Assembly (NCBI GenBank): GCA_965279515.1
Contig: CBDIID010000003.1
Location: 4,096,001 to 4,160,000, forward strand
DNA: 64,000 bases
DNA from: Turneriella sp.
Lineage (GTDB): Bacteria > Spirochaetota > Leptospiria > Turneriellales > Turneriellaceae
Direction: 5' to 3'
Part shown: in pieces, positions 47,809 through 57,673 of the stretch
Layout of the letters: each line of letters opens with the position of its first letter
How positions within the stretch are numbered: the stretch's first letter is position 1
Notes under the pieces: generated by a model
The model's input: the letters and a program-made list of their open reading frames with translations, nothing else
What the model was told of the DNA's origin: nothing
Database searches by the model: none
Position numbers and translations under genes: made by a program

Positions 47809-48456
47809 TTATTCGGCCGTGATTCTGCAGCCCGTCACTTTGTTCTGAGCGCAGGCATAGCCGTTGTACGAGTCATAATAGCCGCGGTCGACCAGCTCAA
47901 TCATGACGCCGTGGTGCAAATCCTTCGCGGGTTTCTCGCGCACATGGTGCAGGCGCGAACGGAAGGCGAGGACAATCGTGTCTGGCATCATGATAATTTT
48001 TTCGTGGTTGAACTTGTAATAGCTGTCGATCGCGCAGCAACCCCGGATGCCGGGTTCGACTTCTGCGATGAGGCCAATAGCGATGGCATTTTGTGTGAGT
48101 TCCGCGAACGGCATTTCGAGAATCTGTAACAAAAGCTCCGGATAGACAACCGATTTACCTTCGACCGAGTTCATTTTTGTCCACAGTGTGGCAAAGTCAG
48201 CTTTAACGGGCTTTGTCCGGTTCGTCGCAAGGTGTTTCACCAGTTCTTTCAATCGCTCCACGGCGGTATTTAAACGGGTACTGGTTTTATTTTCGTCCGC
48301 GGCACCGATTTTTGCTAACGGACGGCTCAGCATGCTGATTTCGGTGAGTATCTGCGTCAGGTCGCGGGCGCGGGAAGACTCTCCGGAGATCTGTGAAAGG
48401 GTGATTAAGTAACCTATGGCAAGAAACGTCCGTATGAACGGTTTTACGCGCGTCAC
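47809..48456 (-). CDS. Hypothetical exported protein
   Basis: Translationally coupled between TetR and MDR genes; signal-like N-terminus. Confidence 0.55.
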   Translation of the reverse strand: MTRVKPFIRTFLAIGYLITLSQISGESSRARDLTQILTEISMLSRPLAKIGAADENKTSTRLNTAVERLKELVKHLATNRTKPVKADFATLWTKMNSVEGKSVVYPELLLQILEMPFAELTQNAIAIGLIAEVEPGIRGCCAIDSYYKFNHEKIIMMPDTIVLAFRSRLHHVREKPAKDLHHGVMIELVDRGYYDSYNGYACAQNKVTGCRITAE

Positions 48457-49067
48457 TGCATCACGCCCCGGGTGTAGAAGCCATACAGGTTGACACGGAT
48501 GATCTCATCGATCACGTCGTCTAATTTTTGCGCAGAGGGTTTCCGTGTCAGTATCACACGCACCAAAACTTCTTTGACGCTGCCGATAATGCTATAGGCT
48601 GCGATCTGCGGATCACATTTGTTTAACAGCCCAATCGTCATGCCCTGTGTCAGCGCGCGCGCGATGAGGTCGGCGATTTTTTTGTAGAAAGAATTCAGGG
48701 TTTCCATTGCCTCATCGTCGATGCCAAGTGCGCGCACGAACAAAATGTCTGCGAGATCGCGGTCTTCGATCAAAAGTTCGAAAACCCGCCGCACATTGGC
48801 CTTGACCTGATCGACGGGCGAAGGCTGGCCGGCATCGAGCCGTATCGCCTCAATGTGGCTATCCACCTCTTCGAGCGTCAGGTTTAAGATGGCGTCGAAG
48901 ATGGCACGTTTGCCGTTATAATAGAGGTAAAACGTGCCGCGCGCAATATCGGCTTCTTTAATGATATCGTCGATGCTCGCGTCATGGTAGCCTTTTTCCG
49001 CGAAGACTTTCTTTGCCGCCGCGAGGATAGCACCCTCGCGTTCGCGTTTGGCTACCTTCTCTTCCAC
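48453..49067 (-). CDS. TetR-family regulator
   Basis: ILAAAKKVFAEKGY..SIDDI..ADIARGTFYLYY. Confidence 0.92.
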   Translation of the reverse strand: MEEKVAKREREGAILAAAKKVFAEKGYHDASIDDIIKEADIARGTFYLYYNGKRAIFDAILNLTLEEVDSHIEAIRLDAGQPSPVDQVKANVRRVFELLIEDRDLADILFVRALGIDDEAMETLNSFYKKIADLIARALTQGMTIGLLNKCDPQIAAYSIIGSVKEVLVRVILTRKPSAQKLDDVIDEIIRVNLYGFYTRGVMQ

Positions 49068-49073
49068 TTTAGG

Positions 49074-49358
49074 TTAGGCGATAAATTCGCAGAGGTAGGC
49101 GGCGTCGCCCGTAATTTTGAGCTGGAATTTGGAGTTCGCGGCTACTTCAAATTTCTGCCCCGCGGAAAAATTCTTAAAATCACCCGCGCCGGGTAGTTTC
49201 ACCGCCATCGCTCCGGCGACGACTGTCATGATTTCTTTAAGGCCGGTCGGAAATTCGTATTCACCGGCTTTCATAACGCCGACCGTCGCCTTGTTGCCGC
49301 TGGCCTCGAGCGTCAGGGATTTTACATTTCCATTGAAGTATTCGTTGACTTGCACCAT
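49074..49358 (-). CDS. ppnP: Pyrimidine/purine nucleoside phosphorylase
   Basis: VNEYFNGNVKS, TVGVM..GEY.F.T, AYLCEF. Confidence 0.88.
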   Translation of the reverse strand: MVQVNEYFNGNVKSLTLEASGNKATVGVMKAGEYEFPTGLKEIMTVVAGAMAVKLPGAGDFKNFSAGQKFEVAANSKFQLKITGDAAYLCEFIA

Positions 49359-49446
49359 GGGAAAGTTTTTGTTCTTGCGACGCCGCGTCACGCGCTGTGA
49401 CCACTTGTTGGATTGACGCTCCGGGGGCCCGGGTCAAGTCTTGTCC

Positions 49447-50097
49447 ATGGTAAAAAAGATTGGCATTTTGGGTTCGGGCAGTGTTGCGCAGACTCTGGCC
49501 GCGGGTTTTTCAAAGCATGGTTACGAAGTTAAAATGGGGACACGCAGCCCAGGTAAGCTGGATGATTTTCTAGCCAAAGCCGGTGGCAAGATTACCGTGG
49601 GCTCATTTGCCGAAGCGGCTGCTTTTGGTGAAATTCTGGTCCTGGCGGTTAAAGGCAAGATTGCACACGAGGCATTGGTGCTGGCGGGCGATGCGAATCT
49701 CAAGGGTAAGACGGTCATTGACCCGACGAATCCCATCGAAGACGGTGTGGCACCTGAAAATGGTGTGTTGAAATTTTTTACCAGCATCAACCGTTCTCTG
49801 ATGGAAGATCTGCAGGCTGCAAATCCAGATGCGCATTTTGTCAAAGCATTCAGCATGATTGGCGGGCCGCATATGGTGAATCCGGAGTTTTCGTCGAAAC
49901 CGACGATGTTCATCTGCGGTAACAATGCAGGGGCGAAAAAAGATGTTTCGGAGATTCTCGTCCAATTTGGTTTTGAGGTCGAAGACATGGGTGCCGCGAC
50001 CGCGGCGCGCGCGATCGAACCGCTCTGTATTCTCTGGTGCATCCCCGGCCTGACGGGTGGCGGCTGGAACCATGCCCTGAAACTCTTGAAAAAATAG
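49447..50097 (+). CDS. NADPH-dependent F420-reductase-like oxidoreductase
   Basis: IGILGSGSVA, VIDPTNP, VKAF, ARAIEP. Confidence 0.85.
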   Translation: MVKKIGILGSGSVAQTLAAGFSKHGYEVKMGTRSPGKLDDFLAKAGGKITVGSFAEAAAFGEILVLAVKGKIAHEALVLAGDANLKGKTVIDPTNPIEDGVAPENGVLKFFTSINRSLMEDLQAANPDAHFVKAFSMIGGPHMVNPEFSSKPTMFICGNNAGAKKDVSEILVQFGFEVEDMGAATAARAIEPLCILWCIPGLTGGGWNHALKLLKK

Positions 50098-50140
50098 AAC
50101 TGCAAGGATGCAGCGTTACACAAAGGAAAGACCCCTACGC

Positions 50141-50533
50141 ATGAATAAAAATATTGCCGCTTATAATAAGGGCCAGAAAGGCATTGAACGCGAGATCTGC
50201 GACGCGCTTTGCGCGCTCATCGACGCCCACCTCAAGGGCGCGGAAAATAAGATCTGGCACAGGCATCCTGTTTGGTTTTTGGATGGCAATCCCATTGTCG
50301 GTTACAGCAGGCTGAAGGCGGGCATTCGCCTGATGTTCTGGAGCGGAGCGAGTTTTGATGAAGACCAGCTCGTACCGGGCACCGGAAAATTTAAGGATGC
50401 TTCGATTGTCTACACCCATGCGAATGAGATTAAAGCCGCAACCTTAAAGCGCTGCCTGAAAAAAGCGGCGGCGATCCAATGGGATTATAAAAATATCGTG
50501 AAGCGGAAAGGCGAGCTGGTGCGGTTGAAGTAA
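50141..50533 (+). CDS. DUF1801-like protein
   Basis: KIWHRHPVWFLDGNPIVGYS, RLMFWSG, QWDYKN. Confidence 0.8.
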   Translation: MNKNIAAYNKGQKGIEREICDALCALIDAHLKGAENKIWHRHPVWFLDGNPIVGYSRLKAGIRLMFWSGASFDEDQLVPGTGKFKDASIVYTHANEIKAATLKRCLKKAAAIQWDYKNIVKRKGELVRLK

Positions 50534-50565
50534 GAATTTACCTTGGTGGATAGACAGTGGGTGCT

Positions 50566-50925
50566 CTACGAATCTTGCTGAAAGATATCTTTTTCGTGTT
50601 TCCGCATCTCTTCTAATTGCGCTTTGATCGCCGGTAGCTTATTTGTAGCTGCGTCCCAGACTATCTTGTAGTCCACGATGAAATAACCATGAATTAACTT
50701 ATCCCGCGTTCCAGCAATAAGGCGCCACGGGATTTCGGAATTTTTTGATTTTAACTTCGGAGAGAGAGTTTTCACTGCTTCGCCGATAATTTCGAGGCTG
50801 CGTGCAGTCGCTCTTTTTAGCAGTTCCGATGCAAGAAAGTCTGTCTCCGACAGGCCTTTTAATTCTTTCTCGAGAAAATTGATTTCTGCGAGAATATAAT
50901 TAAGGCACTCAAAATCAGACTTCAA
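50566..50925 (-). CDS. HEPN (HepT/DUF86) ribonuclease toxin
   Basis: LEIIGEA, IPW..IAGTRDKLIHGY (Rx4HxY); TTG start overlapping the MNT gene end. Confidence 0.88.
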   Translation of the reverse strand: MKSDFECLNYILAEINFLEKELKGLSETDFLASELLKRATARSLEIIGEAVKTLSPKLKSKNSEIPWRLIAGTRDKLIHGYFIVDYKIVWDAATNKLPAIKAQLEEMRKHEKDIFQQDS

Positions 50926-51223
50926 GATAGACGATCTCTTTCTCCACCGTTTTTTTGAAATTTTCGGGCAGAGAATCAAAGGTTAAAAGGTCAATCTTGC
51001 GCTCTAATTTATCTTCGAGGTAGTAAGCCAGATTCATAAAATTGTAGAAATCGGTGGAATTTTGCTTAAAGCGCACCACGAAGTCCACATCACTGTCCGG
51101 GCGTCCTGCGGAACGGGAGAATGAACCAAAGAGGCCTAGATTTTGCACGCCATAGCGGGCAAAGTCGGGTTTGGCATCTTTAAGCCGGTTGAGTATGTCA
51201 GCTTTATCCATCACGGGCTGCAT
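50915..51223 (-). CDS. Minimal nucleotidyltransferase (MntA) antitoxin
   Basis: LFGSFSR....DSDVD. Confidence 0.88.
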   Translation of the reverse strand: MQPVMDKADILNRLKDAKPDFARYGVQNLGLFGSFSRSAGRPDSDVDFVVRFKQNSTDFYNFMNLAYYLEDKLERKIDLLTFDSLPENFKKTVEKEIVYLEV

Positions 51224-51466
51224 GGCTTGTACTTGGCGTGCGGATTTGGCGCGTCAATTCGAAATGGAAGTCACTGCATCCCCCATGTCTCCCCTGCCTC
51301 TGCTGGGCGCTGGTGCGATCACTTTTTGGGTCCTGGGAGCGAAGACAGTCCAAGTTCCTTCAGAAAGGCGTTGTGCTTCGCCGCGGATTCCTGAATGTCC
51401 TTCTCAATCTCCGCCATCTCGACCCGGCGGAAGTGCAACAAGTGTAGCCTTCCACCGGGCTCAGCT

Positions 51467-51904
51467 TTATTTCACCGGCACCGCATGCGTTAGGTCGTTC
51501 AAGAGCTGCCAGCCCCCGGCCGTCATCACCCACTGCATATAGTTTTCAAACTTCAGCGCGTTTGATTGCATGCGCAATTTACAGACGGCATGGTTGCCGC
51601 GGATTTCCACCGAGACGATAGTCAGCTCACGCTTTGTGCCGCCCATCTTCCCTGCAGCAAGCGCCCCGGTATACCCGGCTTTGTCGATGACCATGCCTTC
51701 TACCGCGTCGCCCATATAAGCCACGAGGCGAAAGTCCTTGTGCAGCACCGTATCGATCGCCGCGGCATCGCGTGTATCGCCGGCGTTTCTAAACGCTTCG
51801 ATGCGCTGCCTCAGCGCCGCTTCGGTGTTTGTCCCCTTTGCTTCGGCAATGCCACCGGCCGCTGCTATCGTAGCCAAAAGTGTTGTTGTTATCCAATTGT
51901 TCAT
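51467..51904 (-). CDS. Secreted NTF2-like (DUF4440/lumazine-binding) protein
   Basis: Signal peptide; LHKDF; GWQL terminal strand; GGAGG Shine-Dalgarno. Confidence 0.75.
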   Translation of the reverse strand: MNNWITTTLLATIAAAGGIAEAKGTNTEAALRQRIEAFRNAGDTRDAAAIDTVLHKDFRLVAYMGDAVEGMVIDKAGYTGALAAGKMGGTKRELTIVSVEIRGNHAVCKLRMQSNALKFENYMQWVMTAGGWQLLNDLTHAVPVK

Positions 51905-51923
51905 GTTTCCTCCGAAAATTTTT

Positions 51924-51951
51924 CATAATAGTTGCCTAGGCAACTATTATG
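51924..51951. promoter_or_regulatory. MarR-type operator, perfect 28-bp palindrome
   Basis: cataatagttgcct-aggcaactattatg upstream of the NTF2 gene. Confidence 0.75.
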
Positions 51952-51995
51952 CCTATAAAAGGCCGTTATATCTCGCAGATGTTTCTTGTTTCGCA

Positions 51996-52442
51996 TCAGT
52001 GTTTCTGGAATGAGCCCATGATGTTTTTTTCGAGCGTGTTCACGACGTGCATCAGGTTCTCAAAATCTTTTTCCTGAAGGCCGGCATGCACGCGGTCGCG
52101 CTCGCTTGTCACCAGGCGCGAAAAATCGTCATGCAGGCTTTGGCCGGCTTTGGTTAAACTCACGCGCATCACCCGCTTGTCGTTCAAATCGACGCGGCGC
52201 TGCACCAGTTTCTTTTTTTCGAGGCCGGCAAGAATACGTGTGATATTGGGTTTGTCGTGGATCAGGGAGTCGGCAAGGCCAAGCTGCGATACACCCGGCG
52301 TTTGCGCGAGTTTATTGAGAATCAGCCACTGTTCCTGTGTGACGTCGAACCCGGCGCTTTCGGCAAAGCGCGTAAAGTGCACGCGCAACAGCCGCGCCAT
52401 GCGCACAATCTGGAAGCCATATGCCTGTTCGACACGAACCAT
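51996..52442 (-). CDS. MarR-family regulator
   Basis: TQEQWLIL, DKPNITR, D..DKR..RV.LT..G. Confidence 0.92.
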   Translation of the reverse strand: MVRVEQAYGFQIVRMARLLRVHFTRFAESAGFDVTQEQWLILNKLAQTPGVSQLGLADSLIHDKPNITRILAGLEKKKLVQRRVDLNDKRVMRVSLTKAGQSLHDDFSRLVTSERDRVHAGLQEKDFENLMHVVNTLEKNIMGSFQKH

Positions 52443-52457
52443 GGCGGTAAGTTAATA

Positions 52458-52485
52458 AATAATGGTTGCTATGGCAACTATTATT
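52458..52485. promoter_or_regulatory. Second MarR-type operator (autoregulatory)
   Basis: aataatggttgcta-tggcaactattatt, near copy of the 51924 palindrome, just upstream of marR. Confidence 0.7.
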
Positions 52486-54031
52486 AGAGCTGGTGGATAA
52501 ACCAGTCGGAAAAAGCCTTAACTTCTGCGGCTTTGAAATCCCCCGGATTAAAGGCAAAATCACGGATTTTTCGCGCCCCGGCATCGGCAATGCCCGAGGT
52601 CGTGAGTTTTTCCATCACCGTTTCGGTCATCTCGGCTTCAGGGGTGCCGGCAAAACCGGGAGGATTGAGACTTAAGGCCGTCAGCTTTTTACCGGATTTG
52701 AATTTCACGGTCACCGTCGCAGGGTTAATAAACCTAAAGCGGCTGAAATCTTCGTCGGGGGTGACGAGATTCTCCGTGGGGTAGCGGTTCTTGCGGAAGA
52801 GGTTTATCCCCGCTTCGAGCGGCATCTGGAAAGCGTCGGAAAAACCACCCATACGTTTCATGTAAGGGCCGAGGCGGTGGATGTTTTTGAGCACCAGGGT
52901 GCCCGAATCTTTCAGCAGCGATGTGTATTTCATCATGATGCGCGTCGCTTCGAGGTCGTGCCCGACATCAACCTTACCCGCCAGCGACCAGAGTTCGTTG
53001 CGTGCAAGTGAGCTCTCAGAAAAACTTTCGGGTGTGATATTGCCGTCGATCAACATCGTCGCGCAATTGACCGGCAGCGAGAAGTTAAGCGTGGTGAGCG
53101 AACTCGCCGCACCGTTGAGATAGGGTTTCGAAAGATCGTTCATTTTCTTCGAGAGCATATTGCACTCGACGTTAACGCCGGTGATGTCGGCAGCACTCAG
53201 GTGTTCTGCCTGCATAAGTTTGCGTATGTTGCGGCAAGCTTCGACGGGGCCGCCGATATAGGCACAACCCGGATATTTTTTGACAGAGATCGACTGCGAA
53301 TACCAGCGCTCGCCGATGTCGTTCCAGACCTGCATCAGCGGTGCATAAGAGAAGGCGCCATAAAAATCAGAGCCGTCGCGGAAAAGATCGGGGCCGGCGA
53401 TACCGTCGGCTGCAAGTGCAGCGGTGAGGCCGGCGTTTAATGACGAAGAAGCGGTGAAAACTTTTGCCGACGAGGAAAAAAAACTGTCGAAGAGCGCATA
53501 GACCGGGAAAGCCATCGCGCGTGAAATTGTCTCGCGTATCGTTGCCGTGGAATCTTTCGCTTTCGCGGCCTTGAGCCGACCGACGACGAGGCCGGCATTG
53601 AACTGGTGGATAGATGACCACATCTGGCCATTATGCGGGCCGAAGAAGAGTGAAGCGCCGAGGCGCGCACCGGCTTCGTTGCCGACCGACTGCAAGGCAA
53701 GAAATTCATTGCCAGAAACGGGGAAATCCGGCGCGAGCACGAGCGGCAGAATCACGGAGGAGTGGCCCGTATGCCCCGCGAACATAAAATCGTCGAAATC
53801 ATAGAACATCGCGAGCGTTGCGAGATAGCTGGCACAAGAGATGGCGTCGCCCGCGGGCCTTTTCAGTTTTTTATAATATTTACTTTTCTTGCCGTGCAGA
53901 ATTGCCGCGAGCATCGAGATTGTCTGCCAGGCATTGATCTTACGGATGTGCTCCGGAATCTTGTCGGCGGTGAGTCCCGCATGCGGATCGGCGAATTCTG
54001 CGATGCGATTAATAACTGACATTAGTGTCAT
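52484..54031 (-). CDS. MmgE/PrpD family protein
   Basis: DFDD....GH.GHS, KKYPGC, NFSLP. Confidence 0.8.
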   Translation of the reverse strand: MTLMSVINRIAEFADPHAGLTADKIPEHIRKINAWQTISMLAAILHGKKSKYYKKLKRPAGDAISCASYLATLAMFYDFDDFMFAGHTGHSSVILPLVLAPDFPVSGNEFLALQSVGNEAGARLGASLFFGPHNGQMWSSIHQFNAGLVVGRLKAAKAKDSTATIRETISRAMAFPVYALFDSFFSSSAKVFTASSSLNAGLTAALAADGIAGPDLFRDGSDFYGAFSYAPLMQVWNDIGERWYSQSISVKKYPGCAYIGGPVEACRNIRKLMQAEHLSAADITGVNVECNMLSKKMNDLSKPYLNGAASSLTTLNFSLPVNCATMLIDGNITPESFSESSLARNELWSLAGKVDVGHDLEATRIMMKYTSLLKDSGTLVLKNIHRLGPYMKRMGGFSDAFQMPLEAGINLFRKNRYPTENLVTPDEDFSRFRFINPATVTVKFKSGKKLTALSLNPPGFAGTPEAEMTETVMEKLTTSGIADAGARKIRDFAFNPGDFKAAEVKAFSDWFIHQL

Positions 54032-54076
54032 TAAATATCCCGACGCTGCCCGTGGGCAGAGCGTCGAGCAAAAAAA

Positions 54077-55720
54077 TCAAATTTCGCGGTCGACGCCCTC
54101 AGGTAAAAAGAACAGGCCGATGATCGCCGAAACTGCCGCGACCACAACAGGATACCACAGGCCGAAATAGACGTCACCCGTCGCCGCCACCATCGCGAAC
54201 GCCACCGTTGGCAGAAAACCGCCGAACCAGCCATTGCCGATGTGGTAGGGCAGCGACATCGACGTGTAGCGGATGCGGGCCGGGAAGAGTTCCACAAGCC
54301 AGGCGGCGATCGGGCCATAGACCATCGTCACGTATAATACAAGGAGCGTGAGTAGCCCCAGCACGAAGGGAATCCTGATTTCGGCAGGGTTGGCCTTAGT
54401 GGGATAACCCGCCGCGACAGTCGCGTCGCCGATCGTCTTTTCAGCGGCCGCAAATTCTTTTTTGAAATCGGCGTCATTCATACCCGTGCCGTCGAAGACC
54501 GGCGTCGCGGTTTCACCGATGCGTATGTACGCCTCTTTCACGCCATTGACGTGCTCGGTTTTATAGGGGATGGCCCGTTTCGCGAGAATGGCTTTCGCGA
54601 CATCGCAGCCACTGACGAATTTTGCCGAACCGATCGGGTCGAATTGGAAGCTGCAGTGTTTGGTATTGGCGACGACGGTCACGGGTTTTTCCGCCGCGGC
54701 GCGGCTCACCGCCGGGTTCGCGTATTGGGTGAGGGCTTTGAAGATCGGAAAGTAGGTCGTCGCCGCCAGAATGCATCCGGCTAAAACAATAGGTTTGCGG
54801 CCGATGCGGTCAGAGAGCCAGCCGAAGACGATGAAGAACGGCGTGCCGAGCGCCAGCGCGCCGGCGATTAAGAGGTTCGCCGTGCCGGGATCGATTTTAA
54901 GAATTTGCAGCAAAAAGAACAGCGCGTAAAATTGCCCCGTGTACCAGACCACAGCCTGGCCGGCGGTGCCACCCAGAAGAGAGAACAGCACGATCTTCAG
55001 GTTGGGCCATTTCGTGAAAGAATCGCGCAGCGGCGATTTGGATGTCGACCCCTCTTCTTTCATGCGTTTGAAAACCGGCGATTCATTGAGCTGCAGGCGT
55101 ATGTAGACCGAGATCGCCAAAAGGGCAATCGATAGCAGAAACGGAATGCGCCATGCCCAGACATCGAAAGCTTCTTTAAACACCGTACGGCAGGCGAGGA
55201 TAACCAACAGTGAAAGAAACAGCCCCAGTGTCGCGGTCGTCTGGATGAAGCTCGTGAAAAAGCCGCGGCGTCCCGGCGGGGCGTGCTCGGCGACATACGT
55301 CGCGGCACCACCATACTCTCCGCCCAAGGCCAGGCCCTGCAAAAGCCGCAGGGAAACCAGAATCACGGGCGCAGCGAGACCAATCGTCGAATATGAGGGC
55401 AGCATACCGACAAGCGCGGTGGAGACGCCCATGAGCAGAATCGTTATAAGGAAGGTATGTTTGCGGCCGATGAGGTCGCCGAGGCGGCCAAAGAATAGAG
55501 CGCCAAACGGGCGCACGGCAAAACCCGCTGCGAAGGCGAGCAGGGCGAAGATAAAGGCTGTCGTCTCATTCACCCCTGAAAAGAACTGCTTGCTGATGAT
55601 GCCGGCAAGCGAGCCATAGAGATAGAAGTCGTACCACTCGAAAACCGTGCCCAGCGAGGCCGCGAAGATGACCTTGCGTTCTTCGGCGGTCAGCGGTTTA
55701 TGTTTGGCCCTTTTGGTCAT
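54077..55720 (-). CDS. MFS transporter, MHS family
   Basis: GTVFEWYDF, RPFGA..FG..GD..GRK, GGEYGGA, WRIPF, ELFPARIRY. Confidence 0.92.
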   Translation of the reverse strand: MTKRAKHKPLTAEERKVIFAASLGTVFEWYDFYLYGSLAGIISKQFFSGVNETTAFIFALLAFAAGFAVRPFGALFFGRLGDLIGRKHTFLITILLMGVSTALVGMLPSYSTIGLAAPVILVSLRLLQGLALGGEYGGAATYVAEHAPPGRRGFFTSFIQTTATLGLFLSLLVILACRTVFKEAFDVWAWRIPFLLSIALLAISVYIRLQLNESPVFKRMKEEGSTSKSPLRDSFTKWPNLKIVLFSLLGGTAGQAVVWYTGQFYALFFLLQILKIDPGTANLLIAGALALGTPFFIVFGWLSDRIGRKPIVLAGCILAATTYFPIFKALTQYANPAVSRAAAEKPVTVVANTKHCSFQFDPIGSAKFVSGCDVAKAILAKRAIPYKTEHVNGVKEAYIRIGETATPVFDGTGMNDADFKKEFAAAEKTIGDATVAAGYPTKANPAEIRIPFVLGLLTLLVLYVTMVYGPIAAWLVELFPARIRYTSMSLPYHIGNGWFGGFLPTVAFAMVAATGDVYFGLWYPVVVAAVSAIIGLFFLPEGVDREI

Positions 55721-55812
55721 CCGCTGCTCCACAGAGCGGCGATCATTGCGGCAACCTTAATTTGGGCCGTGTTTTCGCTTGGAGTGGTAACTCCGTTTGC
55801 GGGTGCTGCCGT

Positions 55813-56988
55813 ATGGCCTTGCCCGACGGTATATTTTCCGACAGAATCAGCGACGTGCCGCGTTCGTTCATCCGCGAAATTCTGAAGACCACCATTCGGC
55901 CCGAGATTATCTCGTTTGCCGGGGGATTGCCAAACCGTGACCTTTTTCCGGTCGAAGAAATACAGGAAGCGACGATGCATGTGCTGCAACACGACCTGAA
56001 AGAATCGCTGCAGTACAGTACCTCGGAAGGTTACCTGCCGTTGCGCGAATATATCGCCGGACGTTATCTGAGCCGGCATCAGTTGAAGGTGCACCCGGAT
56101 GAAATTCTCATCACGAACGGTTCGCAGCAGGGTCTTGACCTCCTCGGCAAAATTCTGCTCAACGAGGGTGACACCGTCATACTCGAGAAGCCCGCCTACC
56201 TGGGGGCGATCCAGGCGCTTTCTCTTTACAGGCCCCGGTTTGAAACGGTGCCATTGCTGGCGCGGGGCGCTGACACGGCCGCGCTCGCCGAAATTCTCGG
56301 CCGCTGTACGCCGAAGCTGTTCTACTCCGTGCCGAATTTCCAGAATCCATCGGGTATTACCTACGACGAAGACGTGCGGCGCGCGGTATCGGCACTCTTG
56401 CAGCCGGGCAGAACTTTTTTTATTGAGGATGACCCCTACGGCGAGCTGCGTTTCCGCGGCGCAGACCGGCCGTCGTTTAGGCACTTCATTCCGGACAAAA
56501 CGATTCTGCTCGGCTCGTTCTCAAAAATTGTCGTGCCCTCCTTTCGGCTGGGCTGGATCGTGGCGCCGCCGCAAATTATGGAAAAACTCATTGTCGCGAA
56601 GCAGGCGGCGGATTTACATACAAACTTTTTTTGCCAGAAGATTATCCACCGCTATCTCACCACCAATGATCTCGATGCGCATATCGCGAAGATCAGGGCA
56701 GCGTATGGCCGCCAATGCGATGCGATGCTAACCGCGATGAAAAAATATTTTCCTGGAGATATCGAATACACCGAGCCCGAGGGTGGCATGTTCATCTGGG
56801 CGACCCTGCCCGAAGGAAAAATCGCGCTTCGCATTTTTGAAAAGGCGATCACCAATAACGTTGCCTTCGTGCCCGGTGACCCGTTTTATGTTGTGCCGGG
56901 CGAATACAGCACGATGCGGCTGAATTTCTCCTGCGTCGATCCCGCGACAATTGAAGAAGGCATACGGCGCCTCAGCGCCGTAATCTGA
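55813..56988 (+). CDS. PLP-dependent aminotransferase class I (LysN/MocR-like)
   Basis: ISFAGGLP, NGSQQGLD, FQNPSG, EDDPY, GSFSK..P..RLGW. Confidence 0.9.
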   Translation: MALPDGIFSDRISDVPRSFIREILKTTIRPEIISFAGGLPNRDLFPVEEIQEATMHVLQHDLKESLQYSTSEGYLPLREYIAGRYLSRHQLKVHPDEILITNGSQQGLDLLGKILLNEGDTVILEKPAYLGAIQALSLYRPRFETVPLLARGADTAALAEILGRCTPKLFYSVPNFQNPSGITYDEDVRRAVSALLQPGRTFFIEDDPYGELRFRGADRPSFRHFIPDKTILLGSFSKIVVPSFRLGWIVAPPQIMEKLIVAKQAADLHTNFFCQKIIHRYLTTNDLDAHIAKIRAAYGRQCDAMLTAMKKYFPGDIEYTEPEGGMFIWATLPEGKIALRIFEKAITNNVAFVPGDPFYVVPGEYSTMRLNFSCVDPATIEEGIRRLSAVI

Positions 56989-56993
56989 ATCCT

Positions 56994-57578
56994 CTAGAAC
57001 CGCCAGCCGATCGAGACATTGGCAAACAGGCCAAAGTCATGTGCCTGGTGCGTCTGCCCATCGGCAAAGGTGAATTTGTTTCCCCCGAGCGTTGAGGCGA
57101 CATTCGGCCAGAAGCGCAGCGACGGCACGATGAGCAGGTGATCCCCCAGCGGCAGCCAGAAGTAATAAACCCCCGCACCAATACTGTAGGTTGTATAGGC
57201 AAAGGATTCTGCACCGCGCGTGACGTCGTAGCGGTGTACTTTGAATTCCGCGCGTATGTTGAAGCCCTCGGTGATGCGGTAGCCGATGCCGCCGCCCGTC
57301 GAGTAGGGCAGGTTGATCGATAATCCCTGCCCGCGTTCGTCCGCGGTTTTCGTCGCGCCGGGATAGACATCGAGGTTGAGCAGAAAACCGTGCGAATATT
57401 CGAACACCCAGTTCTTGGTCAGGTAGTTCACCTCGATATTGCCGCCGTGCATCAGAATTGGCTGCGTTAGCCCTGCGACCAGTTGCCAGCGGTTTTCGGA
57501 ACGTGGGGTATCCGCCGCTGCCGCATATGCCGGCGTTAAGCCTGCCATAAGAATTAGTTTGAGTAGTGTTTTTTTCAT
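56994..57578 (-). CDS. Putative outer-membrane beta-barrel protein
   Basis: Signal peptide, alternating aromatic beta strands, C-terminal IGWRF. Confidence 0.7.
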   Translation of the reverse strand: MKKTLLKLILMAGLTPAYAAAADTPRSENRWQLVAGLTQPILMHGGNIEVNYLTKNWVFEYSHGFLLNLDVYPGATKTADERGQGLSINLPYSTGGGIGYRITEGFNIRAEFKVHRYDVTRGAESFAYTTYSIGAGVYYFWLPLGDHLLIVPSLRFWPNVASTLGGNKFTFADGQTHQAHDFGLFANVSIGWRF

Positions 57579-57673
57579 TGAAAGCCTCCGTGAATTTTCC
57601 CTGAAGGTAGCACGTAATTCGGCGTCTGTCGTCCGAGCCCATCGGCTCAGACGACTTTTTGCGGAACCCAGCT

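Noticed and set aside
51238..51447. 69-aa ORF upstream of the toxin-antitoxin pair
   Set aside because: No RBS or recognisable motif; may be a remnant but cannot be supported
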